NCBI GenBank assembly: GCA_040399745.1
Contig: JBBARP010000009.1
Coordinates: 117,665-181,664, forward strand
Length of the DNA: 64,000 nucleotides
Source of the DNA: Bdellovibrionia bacterium
GTDB lineage: Bacteria; Bdellovibrionota; UBA1018
Direction: 5' to 3'
The position numbers and the translations under genes were made by a program. Within the stretch, counting starts at the first letter, position 1; each line of letters starts with the position of its first letter. This document shows, piece after piece, positions 46,679 to 57,658 of this stretch. The notes beneath the pieces are model-generated. The model was not told the DNA's origin and did not search any database. It saw nothing but the letters and a program-made list of their open reading frames with translations.

Positions 46679-48535
46679 ATGCGACGCCCTTTCTTCGTCC
46701 TGACGGCTGCGGTTCTTTTTAGCGGTCTCGTGTGGTCTGCGGCAGCCGACGCAAAGACTGCCGAGATGACCTACGTATCCAGCTGGTCGGTCAGCCCCGA
46801 GGGGCTTTCTAACGATCGCATCGGCGAGTTGGACTTTCAGGAGCTCAATCCGCATCGCACGCTTTGGCATTTTGAGAAAACGGTGCGTTGGCAGGAATTA
46901 CGCGCAACCCAGGCAGAAAAGAGTTGGGTGCTTCAGGCGAAAGGCCTTCGGACCGACGGTTTGATTCGAACTCGGCCTGAAGGTCCCTGGTACTCCTCGA
47001 TCGCGGATTTCTCCTGCTCCCCTGAGCCTCAAGAGGGTTTTGCCACACGCGCTGGAGCGGAGTTAGCCGCCACCACAGCGGCTCGCGACTGGGATCGCCG
47101 AGTCGGCCGAGCTCAAGACTTACTCGCGGCTCAGCTGGGTCGAGTTCGAGCGGATGCCGAAGAAGTCGCTCTCGGAGCCGCTCGAAAGATTCTCCACGAG
47201 TGGTTAGAGCGTGAAGAGCCGCAGTGGCGCGGCGAGGCGTTTCGTGAAGCACGGCACACTGAGTGGCGTCATTATTTGCAGGAAGGCTCGCGCTTAGGCG
47301 TTTGTGCCCCGCAAGCGGGAAAGCGCCGCAAGGACGGGCGGACTGGGGTGAGGCCGGAAGTGCGTTCGCAGATGGAGCAGCCCTCTGCGGATGTTTCTCG
47401 AAAACAATGGGTGCGAGCCCCGGCACGCCGCTGGGGCGGGTTGTACTCGATTCGCCTGAGCTTGGTCTTTGGACCCAAGACCTTGATCGGTCAGTTCCTG
47501 GTGGATTCAGGATCCGCCGTGAGTGCGGTGTCCCCCGCTTGGCTTCGGTCGCAAGGGATCACTCCTGAGAAAATCGAACTAGCAGGCGCTGCGCCGGTTC
47601 GCGTGAGTTGGAGCGGAGGCTCAGGGTTGGCCAAACGCGCGATCCCCCTTCGAGCGGAAATCGCCGATGTTCCGGTGATTACTCCTGCTTTCCTACTGAT
47701 GGAGACAGATCTTTTTGAGACGCCTCAGTATCCGTCTGGGTGCTGCGACGGAATTCTTGGAATGGACTTCCTTCGTCATTATGCAGTCGAACTTTATCCG
47801 ACGAAGCCAGCGGCCGTCGTGCTCTTGGATCCTCGAGGTTACAGCTTAGGGCAGGGCGTTCCATGGATTGAAGCGCGCTTTACCCCTAGCGGGGATTGGT
47901 ACTCTCCGGGATGTGTCCTGAAGAGTCGCTCTTCTGGCCGATCTTGGGCTGGAGTTCGCTGGGATTCAGGAAGCGAGATGGCGACTGACCTTCATGCTCC
48001 CTGGCTTTCGCAGCTTCCTGAGGGTGGTTCTCGCAGTTCCTGGTCCATTGGCTGCGAAGGCGCAGGAAAAGTGGCCGAAGCTTTCTCAGTGACCTCCCCG
48101 AGTGCTGAAGACTTAGGCGGAGAAGAAAGCCCTTTCCGTTCGAAGGTGCCCGCTGCCACGGTCGGCATGGAGATCTTGGGTCGAGGTACGGTCGTTCTTG
48201 ATGCTGCGAATGGCCGCATCTGGATTCCTCGCGACACGGCAAGTGCGCCAGTTTTGGAAAATCGATCGGGTTTGGATTTGGAATTCGAGCTTGCTCAAGG
48301 GGCAGAGCGCCAGCTGCGCGTGAAAGCGATACGTCCAGGGTCTGCGGCAGCAGCATTGGAGCGCAAATCAGGACTCAAAGTGGGCGACCTGATTTTGTCT
48401 CTCGCTGGCCGCGATGTCGAGGACCTGGATTCCTGGCAGGTGGAGCAGCTTTTGAGTGGTGCGGAAAGCACGTCCCTGAATGTCGAGTGGCAGGTAGGGA
48501 AGGGCCGAAAAGTCGCCCCGCTGAAGCTGCGATAG
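46679..48535 (+). CDS. secreted retropepsin-like (clan AA) aspartic protease domain protein with a C-terminal PDZ domain
   Basis: Signal peptide. FLVDSGSAVSAV matches hydrophobic-hydrophobic-D-S/T-G-A. A C-terminal GLKVGDLILSLAGRDVEDL block is a PDZ-like carboxylate-binding region. Confidence 0.55.
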   Translation: MRRPFFVLTAAVLFSGLVWSAAADAKTAEMTYVSSWSVSPEGLSNDRIGELDFQELNPHRTLWHFEKTVRWQELRATQAEKSWVLQAKGLRTDGLIRTRPEGPWYSSIADFSCSPEPQEGFATRAGAELAATTAARDWDRRVGRAQDLLAAQLGRVRADAEEVALGAARKILHEWLEREEPQWRGEAFREARHTEWRHYLQEGSRLGVCAPQAGKRRKDGRTGVRPEVRSQMEQPSADVSRKQWVRAPARRWGGLYSIRLSLVFGPKTLIGQFLVDSGSAVSAVSPAWLRSQGITPEKIELAGAAPVRVSWSGGSGLAKRAIPLRAEIADVPVITPAFLLMETDLFETPQYPSGCCDGILGMDFLRHYAVELYPTKPAAVVLLDPRGYSLGQGVPWIEARFTPSGDWYSPGCVLKSRSSGRSWAGVRWDSGSEMATDLHAPWLSQLPEGGSRSSWSIGCEGAGKVAEAFSVTSPSAEDLGGEESPFRSKVPAATVGMEILGRGTVVLDAANGRIWIPRDTASAPVLENRSGLDLEFELAQGAERQLRVKAIRPGSAAAALERKSGLKVGDLILSLAGRDVEDLDSWQVEQLLSGAESTSLNVEWQVGKGRKVAPLKLR

Positions 48536-48549
48536 GATTCTACCCGCGC

Positions 48550-49539
48550 TCAAGCTCCGTTAAAGTCCTGCGCCGATCGGGGAAAGACGCGCTCGATTCC
48601 CCAGCGGGCTTCAGGCGTCATGTCCTGGCGAAGCACTGCAACCAGCTGTTCACCTACGTAGACGGCTCGAAGGTCCTGAGGTTGATCGGAAGCGGCAGGG
48701 CTGATCTTCTGAGTGAGAAGCTCGAGAACCGCTTGCTGGCCGCGTTCTAGGGCCAGCGCTTCTTCATGAGTGGCTTGGACCCGGGCCAGCCCACGAAGGA
48801 TTTGGTCGAAGGGGACCCAGGCTGGCGACTGGTCCCAGGGCGCTTGAAGGGATTCAGCGCTGAGGGAGTTTTCGATTTTCATCCACGCGGCTTGCGTCCT
48901 TTCGAGAGAGTCCAGGCGGGCCAGCGTTCCTAGTTTCTTTGCCAAGTCCTGAGCCAGAACGCGGATGTAGGTTCCGGCACTCACGCGCGCGCGAAAACGG
49001 GCGATGGGTGCTTCCCAGGAAGTGATTTCGAAGGCGTAAATTCGACAAAGTTTGGCTTCACGCTCGACTTCGATGCCTTGCCGGGCAAGCTCGTAAAGGG
49101 GAGTCCCTTCGAGCTTTTTTGCCGAGTGCATCGGAGGCGTCTGCCAGTAGTCTTGAGTCGTGAACTCGATCGCTGAAGCGCGAATGGTTTCGAGTGAACC
49201 CGGAATCACGGATGACTCCTCAGTCACGGGATCCGTGAGATCACCCGAGGCAGTCGCTTTCCCGAAATGAATTTCGCCCGTGTACTCTTTGGGCGACTCC
49301 AAAAAATAACGAGCCAGCTTCACTCCGTTTCCCACGCAAATGGGGAGTACTCCCGTTGCGAAAGGGTCGAGCGTTCCTCCGTGGCCAAGCTTGGGAAGTT
49401 CCTTCCGCTTGGCCTTACCACCCGCTTGCTCGCGAAGAGACCGCTGGAGCTGTTCGACGACTCCAAACGAGCTGATCCCCGCTGCTTTTCGGATGACCAG
49501 GGCTCCATGCAGGTTTTCGAAAGGGGACGGGGCGCTCAT
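48550..49539 (-). CDS. truB: tRNA pseudouridine(55) synthase
   Basis: LGHGGTLDPFATGVLPI catalytic Asp motif. Confidence 0.85.
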   Translation of the reverse strand: MSAPSPFENLHGALVIRKAAGISSFGVVEQLQRSLREQAGGKAKRKELPKLGHGGTLDPFATGVLPICVGNGVKLARYFLESPKEYTGEIHFGKATASGDLTDPVTEESSVIPGSLETIRASAIEFTTQDYWQTPPMHSAKKLEGTPLYELARQGIEVEREAKLCRIYAFEITSWEAPIARFRARVSAGTYIRVLAQDLAKKLGTLARLDSLERTQAAWMKIENSLSAESLQAPWDQSPAWVPFDQILRGLARVQATHEEALALERGQQAVLELLTQKISPAASDQPQDLRAVYVGEQLVAVLRQDMTPEARWGIERVFPRSAQDFNGA

Positions 49540-49976
49540 TGACCCGAGTCAGGCTTAGACGAAGAGGAGGGATCGTTGCTCGACGAGGAGCCGCCTTCCG
49601 AGCCAATTTTTCTCAGAAGTTCGTGAACCCGGTGAGTGTTCTCCAGGCCACGGTCTTCTTTGAAAATCAGCGACGGAATGTGGCGAACGGTGAGCACACC
49701 GGCCAGGTGCCGGCGCAGGAAGCCGGAAGCCGACTTCAGGCCTTCCAGACACTGCCGGATATTTTCCCGTGCTGCCACTGCGGCCTTCTCGTCCGAAGAA
49801 TCGATCGAGAGGGCGCCCAGAAGCTGCAAAAAGACAGTAGCTTGCGCGCCATCGGGGGTGACTTCGACCCGAGTCAAAGTCACCATCGGCACGCGCGGAT
49901 CTTTCAGTGTCCGGATGACCAAGGAGAGTTCTTCCAGGATCACCGCCTGAAGACGTGCGCGACGAGTTTCTTGCAT
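49536..49976 (-). CDS. rbfA: ribosome-binding factor A
   Basis: R...L...I.EEL..V...LKDPR...VT.T.VE.T.D KH-domain signature. Carries a C-terminal Ser-rich extension. Confidence 0.8.
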   Translation of the reverse strand: MQETRRARLQAVILEELSLVIRTLKDPRVPMVTLTRVEVTPDGAQATVFLQLLGALSIDSSDEKAAVAARENIRQCLEGLKSASGFLRRHLAGVLTVRHIPSLIFKEDRGLENTHRVHELLRKIGSEGGSSSSNDPSSSSKPDSGQ

Positions 49977-50020
49977 ACTGCTTCTGTCCTACTGCTTCTT
50001 GGGTACTTTTTGGCCTTGGC

Positions 50021-52906
50021 TTAAGCGCCCAGCTCCGGAGCCACCAGATCGATCTGGTAGGCTTCGATGAGGTCGCCTGGCTTAAGGTCGTTGTAGTTTT
50101 CGAGTCCGATACCGCACTCGAAGCCTTGGGCCACTTCCTTGGCGTCGTCCTTGAAGCGCTTGAGCGAGGACATCTTACCTTCGTAGATGATCCGCGATTC
50201 ACGCAGCAAACGAACGTTGGCGCCACGGATGATCTTGCCGTCGATGACCGACGAACCGGCAATGGTGCCGATTTTCGGGACCGAGAAGGTTTGACGAACT
50301 TCGGCGCGGCCGAGGAAGCGTTCCACCTTTTTCTTGTCCAGCATGCCAGTCATGGCTGCTTTCACGTCGTCGATCAGCTCATAGATGATCGAGTAGGTCT
50401 TAATCTCGACGTGCTGAGCTTCGGCCATTTGACGAGCCTTAGTCTCAGGGCGAACGTTGAAGCCAATGATGATGGCGTCGGATGCCGATGCCAGCAGCAC
50501 GTCGCTTTCGGTGATCCCGCCCGGAGCCGAGAACAGCACTTTCACTTTCACCTTGTCGGTGGAGAGTTTCAGGAGGCTGTCCTTGATGGCTTCGACCGAG
50601 CCGAACACGTCAGCTTTGAGAACCACACCGAGTTCTTTGACTTCGCCAGCTCGGACCTTGGCAAAGAGCTGCTCGAGCGAGACGCCAGTTTTAAAGGCGA
50701 CTTTCTGAGAGCGTTCTTTGTCTTGGCGGACTTCAGCGATTCTTTGAGCATCGGGTACTGACTCAGGAGCATCGAAGCGCTCGCCCGCCATGGGGAGCGA
50801 CTCAAAGCCCAGGATTTCAGCAGCCACGCCCGGAGTCACTTCCTGAACCGGGTTGCCTTTGTCGTCCATCATGGCGCGAACTTTACCCCAGTGCGGGCCG
50901 GAGACGATGGCGTCGCCGACGCGCAGGGTGCCGCGTTTCACGAGGACCGAAGCCACAGGACCACGGCCTTTTTCGAGGCGAGACTCCAAGACCGACCCGG
51001 AGGCTTGAGCGTCGGGGTTTGCCTTGAGGTCGAGCACTTCGGCTTGCAGCAGGACTGATTCCAGCAGCTTGTCGAGGTTGGTTTGCTTGAGGGCCGAGAC
51101 CGGGACGAACATGGTCTGACCGCCCCACTCTTCGGGGAGCAGGTTCAGCTCAGAGAGCTGCTGCATGACGCGATCCGGTTGTGCGCCGGGCTTATCGATC
51201 TTGTTCACTGCAACGATGATCGGCACGCCCGCCGCTTGCGCGTGCGAGAGAGCTTCACGAGTTTGCGGCATCACGCCGTCGTCGGCAGCGACCACCAAGA
51301 TGACGATATCCGTGACGTTCGCACCGCGAGCACGCATGGCCGTGAAGGCTTCGTGGCCCGGGGTATCGACGAAAGTGATGAGCTTGCCGTCTTTTTCGAC
51401 CGTGTAGGCGCCGATGTGCTGAGTGATCCCGCCTGCTTCACCGGCTGCCACTTTGGCCGAACGGATGGCATCCAGGAGCGACGTTTTACCGTGGTCGACG
51501 TGACCCATGATGGTCACGACCGGAGGACGCGCATGGAGGGTTTCTTCGGTGTCGGTCACGCCCACTTCGATGAATTCCTCTTCCTTGAACGCCGTGTTTT
51601 TCACTTCATGCTTGAACTCGGCCGCCACGAGGGATGCCGCATCGCGATCGACCGAAGCGTTGATGTTCACCATCTGGCCCATTTGCATGAGCTTCCGGAC
51701 CACATCGATGGCTTTGACCGACATTTGCGAGGCCAAGTCTTGAATCGTGATCGTATCGCCTGGCATTTCGACCACGCGCTTGTGTTCGGCTGCCGTGGTG
51801 AGCTGGGTGCGTTTGATTTCGCGACCCACCGGGAGGCGCTTCCTCTTCGGAAGGAAGACCATCTCCTTTTTGCGGTAATCAGCAAAGCGAACGTCTTCAG
51901 GCTTGATCTCGACTTCGCGACCGCCGCCGCCGCGTTTCTTGGCTGCTTCTTCCTCAGCCAGTTGGTCGATACCTTCCTTGTTCATCTTGATGACACGGAA
52001 GCCATCGCGATCTGGGGTCGGTGCGCCAGGAGTACCGCGCGGGGTGACCTTGGGGCCGCCTGCGCTCGGAGCCAGACCTGGAGTGACTGGTGGAATGAAA
52101 CGAGGCTTCGGCGGAGGCGCCGAAGGTTCGACAATTTTCAGGAAGCTCTTGCGAGGAGCCACCGGCCGCGGAGGGAGAATGACCGGGGGCTTCTTCGCCA
52201 CCGGAGATCCTGCTACGGGTTTGGCTTCGACTGGGGCAGGAGCCCCAGCTTCGGAGGCCGGAGTTGCGACCGGCGTTGCTTCGACTCCCGGAGTGGGTTC
52301 GCTGCCTGGTTCTTCCTGGACGACTTCCGCTGCCACCGGAGCCTCTGCGGCTGCTTCGGCGGGAGCCTCAGCGGCAACCACTGGCTCGTACGCGGCCTGA
52401 TCGGCTGCGTACTGCTCATTGGCGGCTTGCTCGGCCGCCGCTTGTTCAGCAGCGGCTGCCTGTTCTTCTTCGCCTTCGCCGGCTTCTGCGTGCACGGTTC
52501 GACCGAGGTTCACGCCGCGAGCGGCGGTCTCGACTTCACCATCCGCTTTCACGCGGCGTCGGATGACTGCAGCGCTCGAGGGAGCGGCTGCGGCGGTTGC
52601 ACCGGCTGCTGCCGTTGCGCCCGCTGCGGGCTTCTCGGGTGCCGGAGTGGCCGGGGCTGCGGCCGTATCGGTCGCAGTCGCTTTCTTCCGAACACGAGTC
52701 GCGGCTTTCTTCGCTGGAGTTGCACCGGCAGATTTTCTGCTGGGATCCAGTGCCTCGCGCACTTTTTGGACGTCTTCGGGCGGAAGCTCGCTCATGTGGC
52801 TCTTCACTTTGATGTTGAGCCCGCTGAGCTTATCGAGCAGGGAGAATGAATCCATGCCGAGCTCTTTTGCCAGTTCGTAGACTTTGACCGTGGTCTGTTG
52901 TTCCAT
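50021..52906 (-). CDS. infB: translation initiation factor IF-2
   Basis: G-domain [20 protein letters not shown] and NKIDK motifs, with a long Ala/Pro-rich N-terminal region. Confidence 0.9.
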   Translation of the reverse strand: MEQQTTVKVYELAKELGMDSFSLLDKLSGLNIKVKSHMSELPPEDVQKVREALDPSRKSAGATPAKKAATRVRKKATATDTAAAPATPAPEKPAAGATAAAGATAAAAPSSAAVIRRRVKADGEVETAARGVNLGRTVHAEAGEGEEEQAAAAEQAAAEQAANEQYAADQAAYEPVVAAEAPAEAAAEAPVAAEVVQEEPGSEPTPGVEATPVATPASEAGAPAPVEAKPVAGSPVAKKPPVILPPRPVAPRKSFLKIVEPSAPPPKPRFIPPVTPGLAPSAGGPKVTPRGTPGAPTPDRDGFRVIKMNKEGIDQLAEEEAAKKRGGGGREVEIKPEDVRFADYRKKEMVFLPKRKRLPVGREIKRTQLTTAAEHKRVVEMPGDTITIQDLASQMSVKAIDVVRKLMQMGQMVNINASVDRDAASLVAAEFKHEVKNTAFKEEEFIEVGVTDTEETLHARPPVVTIMGHVDHGKTSLLDAIRSAKVAAGEAGGITQHIGAYTVEKDGKLITFVDTPGHEAFTAMRARGANVTDIVILVVAADDGVMPQTREALSHAQAAGVPIIVAVNKIDKPGAQPDRVMQQLSELNLLPEEWGGQTMFVPVSALKQTNLDKLLESVLLQAEVLDLKANPDAQASGSVLESRLEKGRGPVASVLVKRGTLRVGDAIVSGPHWGKVRAMMDDKGNPVQEVTPGVAAEILGFESLPMAGERFDAPESVPDAQRIAEVRQDKERSQKVAFKTGVSLEQLFAKVRAGEVKELGVVLKADVFGSVEAIKDSLLKLSTDKVKVKVLFSAPGGITESDVLLASASDAIIIGFNVRPETKARQMAEAQHVEIKTYSIIYELIDDVKAAMTGMLDKKKVERFLGRAEVRQTFSVPKIGTIAGSSVIDGKIIRGANVRLLRESRIIYEGKMSSLKRFKDDAKEVAQGFECGIGLENYNDLKPGDLIEAYQIDLVAPELGA

Positions 52907-52974
52907 GCGTATATTTCTTCGAGGCCTTCAGTTGCTCGGTCGTTGAAAGTCGGATGCGCGTGACGAAACGGAGA

Positions 52975-54351
52975 TCACTCCGTCTCGCCTTGCTCCTTGA
53001 GTGCGGCCTTCAGGCGTTGATTGGCCGCAGCTTTGGCGCCAACCTTTTCCTGGGGTCCTGCAGCTACTGGCAGTTCGAGCGGAGCAACCGGAGCTTCCAC
53101 CATCTGGGTGGCTGCAACGGCGGCACGGCTCTTCAGCACTTGAGCGGTGTCCTCGGCTTCATATCCGGGGATTTTCATCAGATCGGCCAAGCCAGCCTGA
53201 GCCACCTGACGAGGCAGCAGGAAGCCAGTTTGGTAAATGGCCTGAGCTAGAGTTTCGCTCACGCCTTCAATCTGTTGAAGGGCTGCCAAAGCGTCTTGGG
53301 TGCGCTTCTGCAGCTTGGACTTGGAGATGATGTCCAGTTTCCAGCCGGTGAGCTGGGAGGCCAAGCGGACGTTCTGTCCTTTACGGCCGATGGCCAGACT
53401 GAGTTGATCGTCCTCGACCATGATTTCCATGGTGTTGGTGCGCTCGTCGATGCGGACTTGCGAGATTTCAGCCGGGGCCAAAGCCGAGCGGACGAAGATC
53501 ACCGGGTTATCCGACCAAGGAATGATGTCGATCTTCTCGCCCTTCAGTTCCTGAATGACGGCCTGAACGCGAATCCCTTTCATGCCCACGCAAGCGCCGA
53601 CCGGGTCGACGTCGCGATCGCGGGAAATGACAGCGATCTTGGCGCGAGCACCGGGTTCGCGCACGCAGTTCTTGATTTCGATGATGCCTTCGCGAATCTC
53701 GGGCACTTCGATTTCAAACAGCTTCATCAAGTACTTCGGAGAAGTGCGTGACAGGTAAAGTTGGGGGCCGCGCGAACCGAGCGCCACGTCCGAAAGGTAG
53801 GCCTGAACGCGGTCGCCGGGACGGAACTGCTCGCCCGCAATGATTTCAGAGCGGGGAAGAAGCGCGTCGGTTTTACCCAAGTCGATGACCAGGGCTCCGC
53901 GTTCGATCCGGCGGGCGATCCCGGTGATGATCTCGCCTTTGCGGTGGATGTAATCGTTGTAGATCAGCTCGCGCTCAGCATCGCGCACTTTTTGGAAAAT
54001 GACTTGCTTGGCGGTTTGAGCGTCGATCCGGCCGAAATCAGGAATTTCGACGCGCACGCCCAGTTCGTCACCAATTTGAGCTTCGGGGTCGAACTTGCGA
54101 GCTTCCTGAATGTCGATCTCTTCCGACTCTTCCAGCATTTCGGGTTCCGACTCGACGACCTTCTTGAACAAGAAGAGGTCGATCTCGCCGCTGTCCGTAT
54201 TGTAGTGAGCTTCGAGAACGGCGTTCGGGCCGTATTTTTTCTGCGCAGCCATGAGAACGGCCTGTTCCAGCGCGCTGATGATGATCTCGCGTTTGATGCC
54301 GCGGTCTTTTCCGACGGATTCAATCACTCGGGTTAGTTCGGTGGCGTTCAT
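52975..54351 (-). CDS. nusA: transcription termination/antitermination factor NusA
   Basis: S1 and tandem KH domains with a C-terminal acidic-repeat region. Sits in a canonical operon position. Confidence 0.9.
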   Translation of the reverse strand: MNATELTRVIESVGKDRGIKREIIISALEQAVLMAAQKKYGPNAVLEAHYNTDSGEIDLFLFKKVVESEPEMLEESEEIDIQEARKFDPEAQIGDELGVRVEIPDFGRIDAQTAKQVIFQKVRDAERELIYNDYIHRKGEIITGIARRIERGALVIDLGKTDALLPRSEIIAGEQFRPGDRVQAYLSDVALGSRGPQLYLSRTSPKYLMKLFEIEVPEIREGIIEIKNCVREPGARAKIAVISRDRDVDPVGACVGMKGIRVQAVIQELKGEKIDIIPWSDNPVIFVRSALAPAEISQVRIDERTNTMEIMVEDDQLSLAIGRKGQNVRLASQLTGWKLDIISKSKLQKRTQDALAALQQIEGVSETLAQAIYQTGFLLPRQVAQAGLADLMKIPGYEAEDTAQVLKSRAAVAATQMVEAPVAPLELPVAAGPQEKVGAKAAANQRLKAALKEQGETE

Positions 54352-55028
54352 GATTCGCTCCTTTGGTCATCGAACTCGAACACAGGTTCGAGGTTAGCTT
54401 TGGAAATCAAATTCATCGGGATGCATACGGCCGGCGCACTATCGCTGGCGGATGCGGGTTCCGGAGTCTTGGCTTTGGTCTTCTTGCCTTTTTTCTGGCC
54501 GCTTTCAGTTCCGTCGTCTGCTTGAAGAGAAAGACGAACTTTGCCTTCGTCAGTCAGACCTTGTAGCACTCCGAGAAAATTCTTCTGACGGGGGTTTTTC
54601 GCAATGTGGTCCGCATTTCCCGCTTCTTCCGCAGTGAGCGGGCGGAAAGTGTGAAGTCGAATGCGGCGGCCGGTGAAGCGCAAGAAATCTTGGCTGGTTC
54701 GAAGCGGACGATCGGCGCCCGGCGACGAGACTTCCAGTTCATAAGCTCCGTGAAAAATAGCTTCGATCTCGGGAACCTGATCGAGCGGCTCTTCCAGAGC
54801 GCGAGTCACCTTCACGCAATCTTCGATTCCGATCGTGCCGTGATCGGCAGTGGAACCTAGGTGATCGATGAAGATGCGCAAAACTTTCTGGTGATGCGTG
54901 CTCACTTCCACTTGCACCACGGAATAGCCCATCGGTGCGAGCAAGGGCTCGAGCACGCCCATGATCTGCGCTTGCTGGGGCGTCAGACTGGTCGAGGGGG
55001 TGGAGGTGGAATTCAAACTTTGATTCAT
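54348..55028 (-). CDS. rimP: ribosome maturation factor RimP
   Basis: Internal start MNQSL at 55028. LEPLLAPMGY..VVQVEV and LEVSSPG motifs. Lys-rich C-terminal tail. Confidence 0.8.
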   Translation of the reverse strand: MNQSLNSTSTPSTSLTPQQAQIMGVLEPLLAPMGYSVVQVEVSTHHQKVLRIFIDHLGSTADHGTIGIEDCVKVTRALEEPLDQVPEIEAIFHGAYELEVSSPGADRPLRTSQDFLRFTGRRIRLHTFRPLTAEEAGNADHIAKNPRQKNFLGVLQGLTDEGKVRLSLQADDGTESGQKKGKKTKAKTPEPASASDSAPAVCIPMNLISKANLEPVFEFDDQRSES

Positions 55029-55252
55029 TGCGTTGTATTTACTTTTGCCGAGAGGGGCCGTTCTTCGAAGCGAGCTTCGGACGAAAAAAAAGGTGTTCCT
55101 GGGTAGGCACACCTTGCAGCGTTCCTGTCTGGCACCGGGGAAGTACCATGATTTCCTGAAATTCTTCAATAGTATCCTTGAGGTTTCTTGACAGCCCTTG
55201 GGCCGTGCTGATGGAATGAAGGTTCATGATTTCCCTGCTACGTCGGCCTTGG

Positions 55253-56017
55253 ATGGTTGCCTCAACTCTCGGATTTCTCGTTGTTTTCCCTATGCTTGGG
55301 GAGGCTGAAGCCCAGGCATTGCCGTCGCTCGTAGCGCGTCTGAAAGAGCCGGGTCAGGCGGCAGCCCAGCCCCTGAAGGCCTGGACCCAGGATGAGCTTC
55401 GCTCCCTGAAGCGGCACAGTAGCCGGGAAAAGGATCCGTCCACCGGCCAGGTGGTGAAATGGGAAGGAATCCTCCTTTCTGAAGTGGTCGAGCAGGCACT
55501 TAAAGGACTCTCGGCTCGTACAAAAGCCGAGATCGACTTGATCCAGCTTCGTAACGGAGCGGGCGAAAAAGCGCTGATTCCTCGCGCTTTCGTTGTTAAG
55601 TACCCAATTTTGTTGGCGTTTAATCGGGAGAATCATTCTTTGGGCCAGAAAGGCCCGTATTCGGTCATTCCCTGGACTTCGAAATCGAAGGTCCTGACAG
55701 AAGGCGCCCCGCTGGAGCGTTTCTTCCTGCCTGGGGTGGCTGAGCTCGAGTTTCTGAACAGTCAGGAGCTGTATTCCAGCTACCGGCTGAAGCGCCGCAC
55801 CGACCCTGCTGCGATGAAGGGCGAGAAGATCTTCCTTCGGACTTGCGTCAGCTGCCACGCCACCGGCTTAGGCCCGAATATGGTGCAAGTGACTCAGGTG
55901 CAAGCCTCGCAGAAGCTGGTCGGGCAGGGGCACCCCAGCGTTGCGGGCGCTCCGAAGCTGGAAGGCCCGGAGCTTCGCTTCTTGTCGACCTACCTGACCG
56001 CTTTTGGCGCCCAGTAA
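55253..56017 (+). CDS. secreted mono-heme c-type cytochrome domain protein
   Basis: Signal peptide, then a C-terminal CVSCHA (CxxCH) heme-binding motif. Confidence 0.55.
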   Translation: MVASTLGFLVVFPMLGEAEAQALPSLVARLKEPGQAAAQPLKAWTQDELRSLKRHSSREKDPSTGQVVKWEGILLSEVVEQALKGLSARTKAEIDLIQLRNGAGEKALIPRAFVVKYPILLAFNRENHSLGQKGPYSVIPWTSKSKVLTEGAPLERFFLPGVAELEFLNSQELYSSYRLKRRTDPAAMKGEKIFLRTCVSCHATGLGPNMVQVTQVQASQKLVGQGHPSVAGAPKLEGPELRFLSTYLTAFGAQ

Positions 56018-56134
56018 TAGAGAGCGCAGGGTTTGAGCTGCAGTGAACGAAGCGCAGTGAATGGGTGCCCAGGCGCGAGAGCGAGAGGTGTGCCTCTACC
56101 CAAAGCGCTTCGCTCCCGGTAAGGTGCTGGCCTT

Positions 56135-57640
56135 ATGACCGCACCTCGTCTTCGTTTCGCTCCCTCTCCGACCGGCTCCTTACATATCGGCGGCGTTCGC
56201 ACGGCGCTGTTCAATTGGCTTTGGGCGAGAAAGCACCGCGGGCAGTTTCTGCTCCGAATCGAAGACACGGATCTTGAGCGAAGCGAAGACCGCTTCACGC
56301 AAGACATCTTGGGCGCCATGAAATGGCTGGGTCTGAATTGGGATGAAGAGCCTCTTTATCAGTCCAAGCGCATGGAGATTTACCGCAAAGCGGTCGATCA
56401 AATGGTGGAGCATGGCCACGCTTACTGGTGCACTTGCACCGAAGCCGACGTCGAGAAAATGCGCGAAAAGCAGATGGCTGAGGGCAAAAAGCCCATGTAC
56501 GACCGCCGCTGCAGCGAACTCAAGCGGCCCGCTCCGAAGTCAGGCGAAATGGCCGTGGCTCGGCTGAAGATTCCTCAAGACGGCCAATCGGTTGAGTTCA
56601 AGGATTTGATCCGCGGATCGATCTCGGTAGCTAATGAAGAGATCGATGACTTTGTGTTGATCCGATCCAACGGCGCACCGACTTACAATTTGTCGGTGGT
56701 GATTGATGATGCCGAGTCGCGCGTGTCGCACATCGTGCGCGGCGATGACCACATCAACAACACCCCGAAGCAGATTCACCTGTACCGTTACTTGGGCCTC
56801 ACTCCGCCCCATTTTGCGCACCTTCCGATGATCTTGGGCGCGGATAAGAAGAAACTCTCGAAGCGAAATGCTGTGACGGCCGTCAGCGCTTATCGCGCCG
56901 AAGGTTACTTGCCCGAGACGATGCTGAATTTCTTGGCTCGCCTGGGCTGGAGTCATGGCGACCAAGAAGTGTTCACCGTTCAAGAAATGATCGAGTTCTT
57001 TGACTTCGATCACGTTCAGAAGTCAGGAGCGGTGTGGAACCCGGAGAAGCTTTTGTGGCTCAACGGCGAGCACATTCGCCGCGCCGATTCTTCGCGCTTG
57101 GCTGGCATTGTCGCTGAAGATTACGCTGATCTTTTCAAATCAGCAGGAGCACGGCTGGACCGCGTTTCGACGCCGACCGGCGCTAAGCTCTGTAAGCTCA
57201 TTCAGCCCAAAGTGAAGCTGATGAAAGAAATGGCGGATCAACTGGTACCGCTTTGCATGACTGAGCCCGTGGAAGTCGATACTTCGGGACTAAAGTGGAA
57301 TAAAGACGCATCCGTCAAAGCGGCTGTGAAGAACGCTGTTTTGCACCTTCATGCCGACTGGCAAAAGCGTGTCGATGCGGCGACGAAGAGCCCGCGTGCG
57401 GGCGCAGACTCCGCTTGGGGCGCATCACCCAGCCTGGGTGATCTGGGCCTAACCCATGCCGACATTGAAGCTTTCGTGAAGCAAACGGCTGAGCAACACG
57501 GCGTGAAAGCGGGCGACTTCATTTCGCCCATGCGCTTGTGTGTCAGTGGACGCGCCGCTTCGGCTAGCTTCTTTGAACTGGTCGAAACGCTTCCTTGGGA
57601 AGTCGTGGGACCGCGCCTCGAAAAAGTGCAGACGCTTTGA
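56135..57640 (+). CDS. gltX: glutamyl-tRNA synthetase
   Basis: RFAPSPTGSLHIGGVRTALFNWL (HIGH region) and KLSKR (KMSKS-type) motifs. Confidence 0.9.
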   Translation: MTAPRLRFAPSPTGSLHIGGVRTALFNWLWARKHRGQFLLRIEDTDLERSEDRFTQDILGAMKWLGLNWDEEPLYQSKRMEIYRKAVDQMVEHGHAYWCTCTEADVEKMREKQMAEGKKPMYDRRCSELKRPAPKSGEMAVARLKIPQDGQSVEFKDLIRGSISVANEEIDDFVLIRSNGAPTYNLSVVIDDAESRVSHIVRGDDHINNTPKQIHLYRYLGLTPPHFAHLPMILGADKKKLSKRNAVTAVSAYRAEGYLPETMLNFLARLGWSHGDQEVFTVQEMIEFFDFDHVQKSGAVWNPEKLLWLNGEHIRRADSSRLAGIVAEDYADLFKSAGARLDRVSTPTGAKLCKLIQPKVKLMKEMADQLVPLCMTEPVEVDTSGLKWNKDASVKAAVKNAVLHLHADWQKRVDAATKSPRAGADSAWGASPSLGDLGLTHADIEAFVKQTAEQHGVKAGDFISPMRLCVSGRAASASFFELVETLPWEVVGPRLEKVQTL

Positions 57641-57658
57641 GAAGGCAGGCTCTGGGGT

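Noticed and set aside
51083-52849. 588-aa plus-strand ORF opposite infB
   Set aside because: It is antisense to IF-2. Its Arg/Gly/Cys-rich composition is a GC artefact.
55129-55145. CTGGCACCGGGG motif resembling a sigma-54 -24 element (also at 25960..25972)
   Set aside because: There is no GC-containing -12 element at the correct 4-5 nt spacing downstream. One copy is not upstream of any co-oriented gene. It is probably chance.
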